DNA from: Flaccisagitta enflata
Taxonomy: Eukaryota
Length of the DNA: 64,000 bases
NCBI GenBank assembly: GCA_965153355.1
Contig: OZ231126.1
Location: 24,738,001-24,802,000, forward strand
Reading direction: 5' to 3'
Shown piece by piece: positions 40,493 to 54,930 of the stretch (its first letter is position 1; every line of letters begins with the position of its first letter). The position numbers were made by a program, and so were the translations under genes. The notes beneath the pieces are model-generated. The model saw only the letters and a program-made list of their open reading frames with translations. It ran no database searches and was not told the origin of the DNA.

Positions 40493-41101
40493 ACCATAGC
40501 CAAGTGAAAAACGAGACAAAATGTTTTTCATCCTATGAAAAAACATAGCAAAATCCATAACCATCTTAAAGCTCTTCAAAAGATCTTCGAAATGGGACCA
40601 TGCTGTTTTTCATTGCGTTATTTGCTTAGAAATGACATAAGGATAAAGAGTAGATGGTCAAGACTGTAAAAGCCATTTTGAAAAAGCTGTTCCTTTTTGT
40701 TATTACATAAAAAAACAGAGTAAAAAAATGTATCTCAGCTTTTTTTTAAAGTATTTTCAAAATTTTTTGAATTTTCTTTCATTGAAGACCAGTCCCAGAT
40801 CTATAACTCAAACCGTTTAAAAGTTAGAGCTCATCAAAGTGAACTACCTCTTTTCAGAACCTTTTGAATTCAGTATGATTGCAAGATTGAACATGGTAAT
40901 GTTTTTATTTATTCTTATGCCATTTCTAAACGAATAAAGCTAGAATTACCAGCAACGTCGCATTTGAAAGTTCTTTTGCAGATCTTTCAAACGACCATAG
41001 ATTCTTTGTACTTTTTATCCCCAGTTCAGCAAAAAAAAAAGCTTGATAAGTTGTCTCGTTTTTTTTTTTTTTGTTTTTGTTTTTTTTTTTTTTGCTATGG
41101 T
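40493..41101. mobile_element. TA-flanked MITE
   Basis: TA|ACCATAGC...AAACGAGACAA ... TTGTCTCGTTT...GCTATGGT|TA, with inverted interior segments. Confidence 0.65.
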
Positions 41102-44100
41102 TACTTTGTTGCTGTTATGTGTCTGTTTCCCTTGTAAGGCAAGTTTTGGGCCAATATAATTTTAGTCCAAGTGTAGCTTTACAAAAACTAGTGAGCACAA
41201 AACCCCCGAGAAATAGTTTATATTTTGAGCCTTATTAGTTATGACTACATTCTTTAGCCAGCCATCGGTTACGCAGATGGTCAGTTGTTGAAGCAAAAGC
41301 TTAAAAGCAATTGCACAAATGAGAATTGGATTATTTTCTTTCTGGCGCCAACAGGATTCCCGTTGATGGAAACAAGGAAGAACGGGAAAAACATTCAGCA
41401 CAAAGAATGGAATGAGCTTTGTTGTGATTGGGGGAAGGGAGAGGGGGGGGGAGTAGAATTGGATAGGGGGAAAGTGGGATAGAAATAGATGAGGTGTGGT
41501 AGATGGGAGACAAAGGATATCTGAAAGTTAAGAAGAGCGTGGTAATGAGCAAAGAGTATGCGCGCATATCTGCTATAAAAGTATGATGGAGCTGTTTTAC
41601 ACTGCACTGACCAATAACAACAGCGTCGTTGCCTTTTTTACACTTTGCAATACTCTATCAAATATATCTATTTTACGGTGATGTAGAACCGATGATTCTA
41701 GTTCAAGCACTCCATAAGCTCGGCAACATCTCAAAAATGTCTTTGAAACCAGATCAACAATTCAATTTTGAAGGATGAATCAAGTTCGTTTTCATTAATC
41801 GAAAGAAAAGAAAATGTTTTCCATCGATTTCTTCACAGCAACAATATTTGTGCACCTATGATATTTCATTTTAAAATGTGTGATATTGATTCAACATAAC
41901 ATGGTATAAAATTACTCCCTATGTCGCTGAAACAAAACAAACAACCCTTATTGCTTCATTGAAAATTTCAAATGCCGGATTTTGTTTTTCAAAAAGGTGT
42001 ACATAGATTCATCTATTCTCACACAAACCGTTACAACCCATGTTTTTCTGTGTCCACAACTCATCAGGTTTGTTATTAAAAAGTGGTTGGGAAGGGGGGG
42101 GGGATCTCAGCGAAGATGAAGACTGTTGGAAGTGTTATTGCTTTATGGCAAGTTACAAGGTAGTTTTGAGGGTAATTCTTTTTTTCTATGTCCACGTTCC
42201 TAGTCGTTTTTAAAATCGATTCGCTCGTTCTTTTGACAACATTTTGTTTATGTTGACAAAACTATTCCCCGTTTCGCCCAAAGTATCGTAAGACTTGAAA
42301 TATTTGTTAACAGCATTATGTCTCTTTAACGGTAACAATGTAAACAATATCGATCATGCTTGTATTCTGCTCTTTCAGGGTTATGTCCTTTTTTCGCTTT
42401 ATAGTCAATGAAATGATGCTATCATCAACCCATATGTCAACTACAAATCCGCCAGGATTTTCTTTTTCATCGTTTTTAGACGTAAAAAATTTTTCTTTGT
42501 GCTCGCGTGGCGTCAACACGGTTCGCCATTTTATGCCTTATCTTGCTCTTTAACAAAAGGGTAAAATGATTTTAAGGTGATCACATGCTCCAAACAAGGT
42601 ACATTACAATACATACATACACGATATGTGATTTAGAGTACAGTTGTTAATTCTGGCTTTCTTCTTAATCTTTACAAGTATATCTTCTCGCTATGAAATT
42701 AAAAAATAGTCATGATTGAATTCAAAACGTGTCTATTCCCATCTAATGTTTGCATATCAAATCAATCCGCAGAACGACCAATTTAAGCTGCCGACGAGTT
42801 GAAAAGAAAACATTGTAAACATTTATGTTATCAATCAAACGAACGTTTCTCGTAATTCACATGAAAAAAAAATCACGTTTCCATGGGTTTAAAACTAGTC
42901 ACGTCGTTTTACGTAGATAGTTGAAAATGAAGAAAAAAACATTGTGGATAAAATGAAAAAAGAGAGAAATTCCATCCAAGTGTATCGACGGTTGTAGTGA
43001 TTCCTTCCATTACTATTCTCTTTATCACCCTGTACCATTTACCATCCCTCCCCCTTAAAGATCCTTTTCTTCCCCTTTTTTTCAGAGAGGAGAATTTCTT
43101 TTGCCATATTATTAATTGTACATCAAAAAAACATTGTCTGTACATCATGATTGTCTTCATTTCCAGTCATATTCTTTTGTTTGTTTCCGTTTATTCTCAT
43201 AATGTGATGTTACACTTTTATAGTGATTGCAATAACCTAGTATTAAAAAAAGAAATTTTACCCGCGTCTACATGATATGAAGGATGTTAGCTGAAATAAA
43301 CGACAATAAAATTTACGTGATTTAATTTGTTAAACCTGTTAATATCATTTTTTCAATAAAATCCTTCATTCATGTTTCACGCGAGTGACCAATGATCATG
43401 TCAAGTGTAGTATTTCTTGTTTCTGTTTGAAATTACTTTTCTTTTACAACGAAATTTTATTTAATTGAATAATCGATCCTTAGGACCAAAAATCCTAAAT
43501 TCGTAATGAAAGCGAACAACAGAAAAAACATCAGTACAATCATGATGCTTGGCTCTGTCACATCAGTACAATCATGATGCTTGGCTCTGTCACAGGGTAA
43601 TGAAAGACCATATATGTTGTTCCTTTTTTGAAAATAAATAGTACATGAATAACGAAGACGAGACTATTTCTTAGAATGGCTCAAAGAGAAAGTCAGCAGT
43701 AAACACAAAGATACAGCAAAAATGCATATGCTATCTAGAGCAAGAGATAAATATTTTGCCCTCATATAAAAACAAGCGCAAGAGAGCAACAGTTGCGTAC
43801 CTCGTCCAAAAACGAAATTAACCGAAAATAACCGAAAATAACCGAAATTACCTTAAGTACCTAAAGTAACTCAAGTACCATAACGTACCCTAAAGTACCC
43901 TAAAGTGAGCAAAAGTATGTGAATAAGTAAGTGAATATGTTTTACTTGTTTTGTTCTGAAGGTTCCAAAAGTAAGTTCCGGAGGCCAAACTTTGAACAGC
44001 ATTACTGAATTAACGAGGTTGGATGTAGGCTATGAATGTGGGCTGTGGTTTTAGCATCAAGGCAGAGTCTTGTGCCACTTGTGTAGATATTTGGCTCCGG

Positions 44101-44303
44101 CTATCAAATGAATATGCCGCGAATCGTTCACCTCGGAATCCAGCGCCTCCGAATAATTCGCCCCTATAGTGATCATTTTGGATTTTTGGAGGAATTTTGC
44201 AAAGATGAGGTTTAAGGATTAGCTTCAAGGCACAAGGGCTTGGAATCAAGATATCGAGGCTTTGGTTGGGCTTTGGTCTGGGGATTTAATGTTCACGACT
44301 TTT

Positions 44304-44912
44304 GTATGATAGGTGGAACAACATCCCTCACGATACCCAAACTGAAATAAATGGAAGAGGGCCTTGTGAGCCCTCACTGACTAGTTACTACGCGCATCAC
44401 TCCTAGTTTTCCAATAAACAGAATCTAAATGACATTCTTTCTCAATCTAACCCCAAAAAAAACCGCTTATGAAAAGTAGTTAAGGGTTAATGATTGTTAC
44501 CTTTATTACCAAAATTCAACAAATCACCCGAGGGTAGCATTGTTAAGAAACCATACCCTTAGAGGATAGAATCGAGGTCAAGCTTAATGCGACCGCCGGA
44601 CATTCCAATCCAAGGTACTGAGTAGTATGATAGGTGGAACAACATCCCTCACTACACCCAAACTGAAATAACTGGAAGAGGGCCTTGTGAGCCCTCACTG
44701 ACTAGTTACTACGCGCATCACTCCTGCTTTTCCAATAAACAGAATCTAAATGACATTCTTTCTCAATCTAACCCCCCAAAAAACCGCTTATGAAAAGTAG
44801 TTAAGGGGTAATGATTGCTACCTTTATTACCAAAATTCAACAAATCACCCGAGGGTAGCATTGTTAAGAAACCATACCCTTAGAGGATAGAATCGAGGCC
44901 AAGCTTAATGCG
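44304..44912 (+). repeat. ~320-bp tandem duplication with a Helitron-like hairpin+CTAG
   Basis: 44304-44592 is repeated at 44625-44912. Each unit contains GAGGGCCTTGTGAGCCCTC-ACTGA-CTAG. A homologue lies at ~18145-18235. Confidence 0.75.
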
Positions 44913-45169
44913 TATGTATGACATTCGAATCTTAAGCCCTGGATTTAATCTATGTGTCCGAAGTTTTGGCTTAAAAGGTATGCAATTGAACTGATGGAAA
45001 AGAACTGGAATGAATGTAGAAGTAAAATTATTGATTAGTAAGTGATTCATCATGGCCGCTGTCCAGAAGCAGCAATGTAGGAGAGTCCATTAAGTGCGAA
45101 AAAAGCTAGAGGCTGGGATTCTGGTGCCAATCGAACTGAGAGAAAGCGAAGCAGATTTTTGCTTTAAGC

Positions 45170-45510
45170 CTCCGGTCTTTACCGACGACGTTGTCGGTCT
45201 TTGCCGCAGACACTGCCGGTCTTCGCCGCCGACGTTGCCGGTCTTCGCCGCCGACGTTGCCGGTCTTTGCCTGCGACACCGTCGGTCTTTGCCGCAGACA
45301 CTGCCGGTCTTCGCCGCCGACGTTGCCGGTCTTTGCCTGCGACACCGTCGGTCTTTGCCGCTGACGCCGCCGGTCTTCGCCGCCGACATTGCCGGTCTTT
45401 GCCGCCGACACTGCCGGTCTTAGCCGCCGACGTTGCCGGTCTTTGCCGCCGACGCCGTCGGTCTTTGCCGCCGACACCGCCGGACTTTGCCACCGGCGTC
45501 TTTGCCGCCA
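45170..45510. repeat. GC-rich 21-bp minisatellite (GCCGGTCTTTGCCGCCGACGT-type)
   Basis: About 15 degenerate units. Confidence 0.9.
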
Positions 45511-46264
45511 AAGCCAGCGCGTTGCTTCCTTGCTTCATCAATCAACTTCTCAACTGTTTGATTCCATTTTCTTGCGAGGATATGTTTGTAAGAACATTTG
45601 TTAACGAGCAAGAGAAGGAAATACAAATTCTGCTTTTTCGGTCAAATGCACGCGATTCGTCGGTCGGTGCTTGTAAATGAGCATACGTTTCGAAGGGCTA
45701 GTCAATTTACAAAGTTGCTTTTACAATTCACAAAGAACATGTTTTAAGAATGAATCCAAAGGCATGTCTGGATCGACATCAGCATTAGCCATCATGCTAA
45801 TGAGAACAAATAGGGCATGGATTGATTTGCTAATTAAGTAACTATTTATAGATTTGTTTCAGCAGCACGCCAACACGTATAGGTATAGGTTAAGTTCAAT
45901 TTTATGGGCATTGATTGGCTAGGATCTCAGGCTCTCAGCCAGCGAAGAGAATATGATCGGAAAAAAAGTCGAAGTCAGTCTTCGACTTTTTGACATATTC
46001 GAGAGAAACAGAGTTTTTATTTTCTAATGAGAAAGTTGTGGCTCTCCACCGACCGAATGAGCCCTCCAATGAAATTGATAGGGTAAGTAAATTAAATAAT
46101 TCTCTTTCATTTGGCGCCAAGCAGAATGCTCTACGACAAATATTTTTCGCTTTATGATTTTCTAAAGATTCATTTATGAAAATTGCGAATTGAATTTTTT
46201 TCGATTTTTTATAATTTTGAGTAGGATCAAAAAAGGAGTGTATGTATGTTTGTTTGAGCATGCA

Positions 46265-46645
46265 AATACAAGGAAACATGTTTAAGAGCATAGCTGCTCA
46301 TCTGTGAGGGTGTTTTTGAGGATTTTAGCTCATTTAGCTCATTTAGCTTCATTTCTTTTTTTTAATTTTAAATGTGATAAATGAATAGATATTTTGATAT
46401 ATGTTTAAGAAAGCAGATTCAAAAAAGCATATTAGTGAGCATAACTGCTCATCTGTGAGGGTGTTTTTAAGCATTTTAGCTCACTTAGCTCATTTAGCTC
46501 ATTCTTTTTTTCCGATATTTAATGGGATAAACAAATGTTTTGATGGGAGCATGTAAATACAGGAAAGCATGTCAGCAAGCATAGCTGATTGTTTGGTTGA
46601 GTGATTTTGAGCATTTTAGCTCATCTAGCTCATTTGGCTCATTCC
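46265..46645. repeat. Three ~150-bp degenerate tandem units (AGCATAGCTGCTCATCTG...TTTAGCTCATTTAGCTC)
   Basis: Core at ~46288, ~46438 and ~46578. Confidence 0.7.
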
Positions 46646-46802
46646 TATTTTTCTCTGATTTTCAGTGCAATCAATACATACAATTGCTCTTGATCTGATT
46701 CAATAGAAAAAAAGATTTGCAGTGACTAAAGACAAAAGCTTGGTGAAAAGTGACCAAAGCTTACAACTTTTTTCCTCACGGCGACAGCCGCCATTACTGG
46801 TA

Positions 46803-47551
46803 CCCTGTCTTCGGGAGCAACTGCAACCAGCGAAAGATGTATTGTGTGAAAACTATTCACATTTCATAATCCAGATTTGTTCTATCTAATAGCATATTAC
46901 CTGCAGTTATTTCATGCAAAATTTCAGCACCTTAAGTCAAATAGCTTAGCTTTCATGTGAAAAACCACATCACGCTAAGGAGCTTTTGATTTCAGATCTG
47001 AATGGAGGTCTTCCACTTTAAACTTATGTAGTATCTCAACGCTTTGAGCTAAGATTCTGGGGTTGGACTCAAATTAAAGCTCTTTTGCAGGAGATCATAC
47101 TAAGTTCAAGAAAATAGCAAAAAGAGCAAAATTCATGAGTTTTTCATTGTTTTTCCAGGATTTTTCATGTTCCACCAACTCTTAATATTAAAAATTTGCC
47201 ATTTATGACAAGAATATCTTGAAACGGTACAACATTTGAAAAAAAATCAAATTTGTAAGTAAAAGAACATTCATTTAGATCAGTTTCAGCACTTCGTATC
47301 AATGCTTGTCCTTAACCAAGATCAAAGTTGCAAAACGCCTTTATTCTCTATCGAAATCACAATATTTAGAGGAAATTATGGTATTTTTTAAATTGAGGTC
47401 AAGGCTAAACTACTAGACTTCAGATGCTGGAATTCTGCATGAAATAACCGCAGGTAATATGCTTACAGATGGGACAAATCCGAATTTTTGAATATGAACA
47501 GGTTTCACATAATATAACTTTTGCTGGTTGCAGTTGATTCTTAAGACAGGG
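46803..47551. mobile_element. TA-flanked foldback MITE
   Basis: TA|CCCTGTCTT...CAACTGCAACCAGC ... GCTGGTTGCAGTTG...AAGACAGGG|TA. Confidence 0.85.
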
Positions 47552-47690
47552 TATTCAACATGTTTCTCATTTTCTCAGTCTTTCTTTTCTTGCGTCTACT
47601 TATTTCTTATTCTTCCTCTTTTTCTTTTTCTTTTTCTTTTTCTTTTTCTTTTTCTTTTTCTTTTTCTTTTTCTTTTTGTTTCTCCTTTCC

Positions 47691-48416
47691 TTTTTGGGCA
47701 GCAGCCCCGAAGGGGCCGATGACCTATGCTTATTTTTTTTTTTTTTTTCGTTTTCTCTTTCTTTTTCCTTTCCTTTTTGAGCAGCGGCTCTGCAGGGGCC
47801 AATGACCTATGCTTTCACATCACTCATTCTCCTTCTTCTCCTTCTTCTTCTTCTTCGTCCCCCCCCTCGTGACCCAAATACTAGCTTTGAGGCTCAAATC
47901 CCAGCCTCGAGGCTCAAATCCCAACCTTGAGGCTCAAATAACAGCCTCTAGGCCCAAATCCCAGCCTCAAGGCCCAAATTCCAGCCTCAAGGCTCAACTC
48001 CCAGTTTCAAAGCTCAAATCTTAGTCTCGGGGCTCAAATCACAGTCTCGAGGCTCAAATCCCAGCCTCAAGGCCCAAATCCCAGCCTCACGGCTCAAATC
48101 CCAGCCTCAAGGCTCAAATCCCAGCTTGAGGCTCAAATCCCAGCCTCGAGACCCAAATTCTAGCCTCAAGGCTCAAATCCCAGCCTCAAAGCTCAAATCC
48201 CAGCCTCAAAGCTCAAATCCCAGTCTCGAGGCTTAAATCCCAGTCTCAAGGCCTCAATTCCAGCCTCCAGGCCCTAATCCCAGCCTTGAGGCTCAAATAA
48301 AAACAGCATAAGTCATCGGCCCCTTTAGGGCCGCTGCCCCTCTAACCACCTCACAGCCACATACACTCACATAGGGGCAACGGGTACCGCTGACCATCTA
48401 ATGCTTTTGCGACTTT
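47691..48416 (+). mobile_element. HINE-like family B copy with 21-bp GGCTCAAATCCCAGCCTC array
   Basis: TTTTGGGCAGCAGCCCCGAAGGGGCCGATGACCTATGC...GCATAAGTCATCGGCCCCTTTAGGGCCGCTGCCC...CGGGTACCGCTGACCAT. The 5' end is duplicated. Confidence 0.8.
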
Positions 48417-48556
48417 TCTTTTTCTTCTTCTTCTCCTTCTTCTTCTTCTTCTTCTTCTTCTTCTTCTTCTTCTTCTTCTTCTTCTTCTTCTTCTTCTTCT
48501 TCTTCTTCTTCTCCTTCCTCTTCTTCTTCTTCTTCTTCTTCTCCTTCTTCTTTGTC

Positions 48557-48716
48557 TTTTTAGTTGCGGACACGCAACTCTATAAGAGGCTTTGTCCGTC
48601 CGTCGGTTGGTCGGTCGGTTGGTCGGTCCGTCACGCTCGAGTTGAAAAGTGGGAAAAGGCGCATTATCGCCCCTGCCCACCTGTCCGCAACTGGTGGCCG
48701 TGTATCTGGCCTTGTT
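48557..48716 (+). mobile_element. HINE family A-type copy
   Basis: TTTTTAGTTGCGGACACGCAACT...GTCG tract...GTCCGCAACTGGTGGCCGTGTATCTGGCCTTGTT. Confidence 0.8.
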
Positions 48717-48772
48717 CTTCTTCTTCTTCTTCTCCTCCTTCGCTCTGTTTCTCTTTCATTCATTTCTTTTCC

Positions 48773-49327
48773 TTTTTGGGCAGCAGCCCCAAAGGGCCGA
48801 TGTCCTGTAGGACACAGGGGTGAATTTCCTTATGTCCATCCGTACGTCCATACGTACATCCCCCCAAGCTTCTCAATTCTCAAATTGCCATTGAATAATA
48901 TGGGAAAATGACAAAATGCAAACTCCCTAATGAATAACATGGGAAAATGACAACTTGCAAACTTCCCATTAAATAACATGGAAAATTTACGAAAAATAGA
49001 AGAATGCATATTTCCTATCGAATAACATGGAAAATTACAAAAAAATGAAATAGGATAACATGGAAAATTGACAAAAAATGAAATTCTCATTGAATAACAT
49101 GGAAAATTGACAAGAAATTGTAGAAAATATACAACTCCCATTGAATATCATGGAAATTGCTCCAAAGGCCTGAAATATGCCTACTCAGGATAAGGAAATT
49201 CACCCATGTCCTACAGGACATTGGCCCTTTAGGGCCGCTGCCCTGCTCTCACTCTTCTTCTTTAGCTGATCACTCCAAGCAGGGCATCGGGTACCGCTGA
49301 CCATGTGCAATCCTTGGATGACTTGTT
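48773..49327 (+). mobile_element. HINE-like family B copy with a GAATAACATGGAAAATT array
   Basis: Same shell as the other family B copies but a different internal repeat. Confidence 0.8.
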
Positions 49328-49522
49328 CTTTTCGCTTTATTCCGCTTATATCTTCTTCTTCCTCATTTTCTTCTTCTTTGTTTTCTTCTTCTCAGTCGCT
49401 TAAATCACATACATTTGTAGATTTTTGCGCCACTGTTAATGTGTGAATGTGGCCTCATACATTACTGCCCCTGCCTAGTTTCCACCCAGTGGCAGCTAAG
49501 GTTTCCATGTATCCGGCCGGTT

Positions 49523-49620
<98 letters not shown>

Positions 49621-49775
49621 TCTCTCTCTCTCTCTCACACACACACTCATCATTTTCCTTGGAATTGGCGTTGGAGAGAAGGCAGGGGTTAATGTTTTCC
49701 CTGATGAAGATTTCGTCTAAGGAAAGATTTTCCTCTTAACGACTTCGTTTCACAATTTCGCATTCAATTTTTTTT

Positions 49776-49876
<101 letters not shown>

Positions 49877-50194
49877 AAAAAACAGACGTGAAGGGAGATA
49901 AACGAAAAGAGATTGAATGCTTTTACGGTGAGCCGTTAATGATTTTCGAAATGAAATTAGAAAATCTTCCTTCTGAAAAAAGCAAGAGGAAAATTTTGCT
50001 GAACTCAATTTCACGGCTTTTGGTAAATTCGATCGGGAAATAAAGAGAGACTGACATCTTTCCTTATATTCTTGGAAATACACCTAAAATGTATATACAA
50101 GACATATACGGTAAAGGAATAAAGATTTTGCAAACGGATCCACAGAAGATGTCTTCTAAACTTGTTACTCGTTGTTGTTATGAAAAGAATTTAC

Positions 50195-50762
50195 TATGCG
50201 TCCAAGGATCGCACATGGTCAGCGGTACCCGATGCCCTGCTTGAAGTGATGAGCCAAAAGGGTGGAGTGAGAGCAGGGCAGCGCCCCTAAGGGGCCGATG
50301 TCCTGTAGGACACAGGGGTGAATTATCCTGATGTCCTGTGGGGGCACGTTTGAGGGCATTTGATTGCTTGGAGTAGGGGTTCCATGGGCTTATATGAGAT
50401 CAGGGATGAAGGCATCTTTCAAACCTGAATTGGAAAATTTGAGGGCTGATTTTGGGCCTGAGAGGGTGATTTTGGACCTGAGTGGGTTGATTTTGAGCCT
50501 GAGAGCTAATTTTGGATCTCAGAGGGTTGATTTTAGGCCTGGAAAGGCTAATTCTTTATCTGAGAGGGCTGATTTGAGGCCTGAGAGGGCTGTTTAGAGA
50601 ACCAAGAGGGACCTGAGTAGCGGGGGGACGGATGGATGGACGGATGGATGCACGAATAAACGGACGGATGCACAGATGGATGGACTGACGGATAGACAAA
50701 TGGATGGAAATTCACCCCTGTGTCTTAAAGGACATCGGCCCTTTGGGCCCGCTGCCCAAAAA
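50195..50762 (-). mobile_element. HINE-like family B copy
   Basis: ATGGTCAGCGGTACCCGATGCCCTGC...GGGGCCGATGTCCTGTAGGACACAGGGGTGAATT...CCCGCTGCCCAAAA. Confidence 0.8.
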
Positions 50763-52017
50763 CTAATGTGTATAATGCTTATGTATCCAAGAGTTGACAG
50801 AGAAATTGCCATTTGCATACCATGGCGAATTCGTCATGCCGCAACCTCACCTGGGCTGTGGCAAGTAAGTGAATAGAAAACTCTCTTGAATAAATTTCCC
50901 CCCATACCAGCAAGCATAAAGCAGTTGTCAAATGATATCTAATGTATAAGTCACTTGAATTAAAATTCCATGGGTAAGGTTTATCCAAGGTCACAGGTTT
51001 GAATTTCCGACTGGTTTTGCAATTTGAGTCAATGGATTGATTGAAAAAAAAGAGAAGCATAGAGTGAATATTTGAATTTTTTTTCCATTTTCGTTCTTGG
51101 AGATTTAAGGAGGTTTACGATGATTTTTTTCTTAAGTTGAGTTTTATTGAATTTGTCTTAGCGTTTTATAAATTAGATCTTTTTGTTTTAGAACAAAAAG
51201 ACGAGTTAGTTGAAATTCATTTGACTTCAAAACTAATCTGGATACTACTTAGCATGCAAGCAACAGGGTAAGCACACTGGAAGTTTAAAGGACTGACGAA
51301 GGAAGGACTGGCGAAGGATGGACAGTTAAACCGTCTCCCTTGGTGATAAATACGGAAATAATCGATCTCCTTTGGCGATAAATCATCCCTCATGGGAAGA
51401 TACTTTCATCGTGTCTCATCGTGTCTCATCGCGCCTAAAGCCTCACAGCGTCATTGCGTTCGATTGTGTTAGATAATCATTGTTGTTATTTCGTTACTGT
51501 GATAATTAACTTTTAACCCACAGCCGTACACAGGCACCTTTCTTTGATTGTTGATTAAAAACATGATCGTTTGCATATATTTTTGGTAGAGGAAATTTGG
51601 TATTTGATCGGTAGGACGAGTTTAGCAATTTCTCGAGTCTATAACCCTATGAATTTGACCTCTTTCTGTTTCCACCATCAAGTCTCAAAATACTACCCTA
51701 AAGACTGACCGAGGCCTCCTAAACTGATCGTTGGACCCGGCCGTCATGCTATGGCGGCAGCAAATATATATAAAATGTCCGCTTTGTTTACAAACATTAC
51801 CCGACGTACCGATGCCAACCGCGTGCAAACAATCTTATAGAGATTCTCCAGGTGAAGAGACTTACCACTCAGAGACCTCTTAAACTGGTTTGAGTCACAA
51901 GTTTGCGTTGCAGTTATTGAAAGAGAAAAGATAAGGTAACAGGCCGCTTAAGCGTCATTATGGACAGCGGTTTCTGTTACCCAATGGATTCCATTTATCA
52001 TTACGGTGTTGAGGTTA

Positions 52018-52247
52018 TGGGGCAGCGGCCCCGGAGTAGTATGACTCCACACAGAGCAATTTTATATTGGAGTTTTTGGAGTTAAGGGGCTTATGACTAT
52101 GGTTTTGGTTTTAAGGCCTGAATTGCCTGAAATGGGATAAGAAGCCTTGAACTTAACGTAGGAGTCCAAACTTGAGGCCTACAAGGATAGATTAAAAGAC
52201 TAAAAGCCAACGAGTACCGCCTACCATCTATCACTTTTGCAACTGTT
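52018..52247 (+). mobile_element. Degraded family B copy
   Basis: TGGGGCAGCGGCCCC start and AACGAGTACCGCCTACCATC...TTTTGCAACTGTT end. Confidence 0.5.
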
Positions 52248-52320
52248 CATATCATACAGGTATGGTTACTACGTGTGTGTCTCAGACGCACCGTGAAATC
52301 GTTGTCAACACTCAAAACGA

Positions 52321-52564
<244 letters not shown>

Positions 52565-53266
52565 TAACTTCAACGAGTTATGAGTCATAAATTCTTTTAA
52601 CTGGTGCCCGCGAAATGTTAATGTGACTTTTATGTCGTTTTTACCGCTTAAACTTCTATTGAGAGTCGCGCGCCCAACTTCTTAAAAGTGACGTTAACGA
52701 CTTTGAAGCGCTCTCAAAGCGCCCGAAAGCATTTGCTCAGAGCCATGGGTGTATGGAATGCCATTTTAAAAATGGATATTCATGTAGGTACGGGGCCTTG
52801 TATTCGTGATCTTCATCAATGTAAGGGACGCCGCTTTCAAAATGTGTAAAAATGTATGAGAACCCATACGGTATACACTTTAATCGACATCTCCATGGGG
52901 GGGGGGGATTACACATGATACAAGGATGGCATATTTATATCAATTTAATTGTGAAAAAAAGAACGTTTGAATGACCCATCTTTTTCTGTTATCAAAGAAT
53001 CATTAATGATCTGACGGATGAATATGACGGATCTTGGAGTTTCCTTACATTCCTAGTGAACACCCCCTTTGCAGTTTTACGGCGTCATCATGCCCATGTA
53101 GGCCCAATGACGCTGTGTTCCACATTCAATGAGCCCCACCCACTGTTACCCACAGCGACACAACACTCAAAAATGATCTTGTCAACATTTCCAATGACAT
53201 TTGATTTTTCATTGCTCGTGGTAATTGGAACTTGTTGGTGCCCCATCTGCATCGTACTTTCTTTCC

Positions 53267-53278
53267 ATCTATCTATTA

Positions 53279-53359
<81 letters not shown>

Positions 53360-53360
53360 A

Positions 53361-53430
<70 letters not shown>

Positions 53431-53641
53431 ACTATTCAGCCTGTCACTCTCTTTCTATCCATCTATCTATTTTTCTATCTCTCTATCTATCTAATTATCT
53501 ATCTACCTATCTATCTATCTATCTATCTATATCTATCTATCTATCTATCTATCCAACTATTTATTTGTCTATCTATATGTCTATCTATCTACATATCTAT
53601 CTAGATATTTATCTTTCTATCCATCTATCCATCTATCTATC
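53267..53641. repeat. (ATCT)n microsatellite
   Basis: Direct reading. Confidence 0.95.
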
Positions 53642-54065
53642 TTTCTAAAAATCTACTTTTCCACGGTAGAAGATTGCTGACATGACATATCGAAAAGGTA
53701 GAGTGTGAAAAACTTAACGTGGGAAACTTACAACTGATAATGATTTATCAAAAAGACACCCGAGATAAAGGATCCTTTTAATATATACTCATACATTTGT
53801 CATCAATTCAAGGACAACTCACCTCTATTTCATTTTCAACAAGCAAAAAAATGACATGGCCGCTATGACATCACACGTCGGGCATGTTTAATTGTAAGGG
53901 CACAGTTACACGCAAATAATCAAATATTACGTCATAGGTTAACACATTCATAAATCCATAGTTCCTTGCAATAAAATCCTAGTTCCTTCTTTCGCGTTTG
54001 CTCTTGAGTGGGTTCTTACAACTGATACTGGAAGAAAATATGGGGAAAAGAAAAAAAACAAGCAA

Positions 54066-54545
<480 letters not shown>

Positions 54546-54930
54546 AGAGATGGATGGGGAAAGCAAACAAGGATATTTAGACCCAAGGTAGACGGATCGA
54601 CGTACAGATTGACGGACCGCGCGTTGGCGCATCTTATAAAGAAAACAAAAAAGAAAGAAGATGCAAACGAAACAGACCAGGTAAAGAAAAAAGTAAAAAA
54701 TTGCAAAAAGGTAAAAAGGTAAAAAGTGCAAAAAGGAAAAAAAAGAACAAAAAGAAAAAAACTGTTAGGGTCTGATTAATGATCTTCGGTTTTCATCAAT
54801 GGAAGGTTGAGCGACGACCAATCGATACTCAAACATTGTCGATTCGTCTTCTAAACATCGCCAATCAAAAACTAACGCTACCTTCTTTTTCTGTATTCAC
54901 TATCTTTCCTTTCGTTCCTTTCTCTCTCTT

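Noticed and set aside
43529-43593. Exact 32-bp tandem duplication
   Set aside because: Ordinary local slippage duplication with no further structure.
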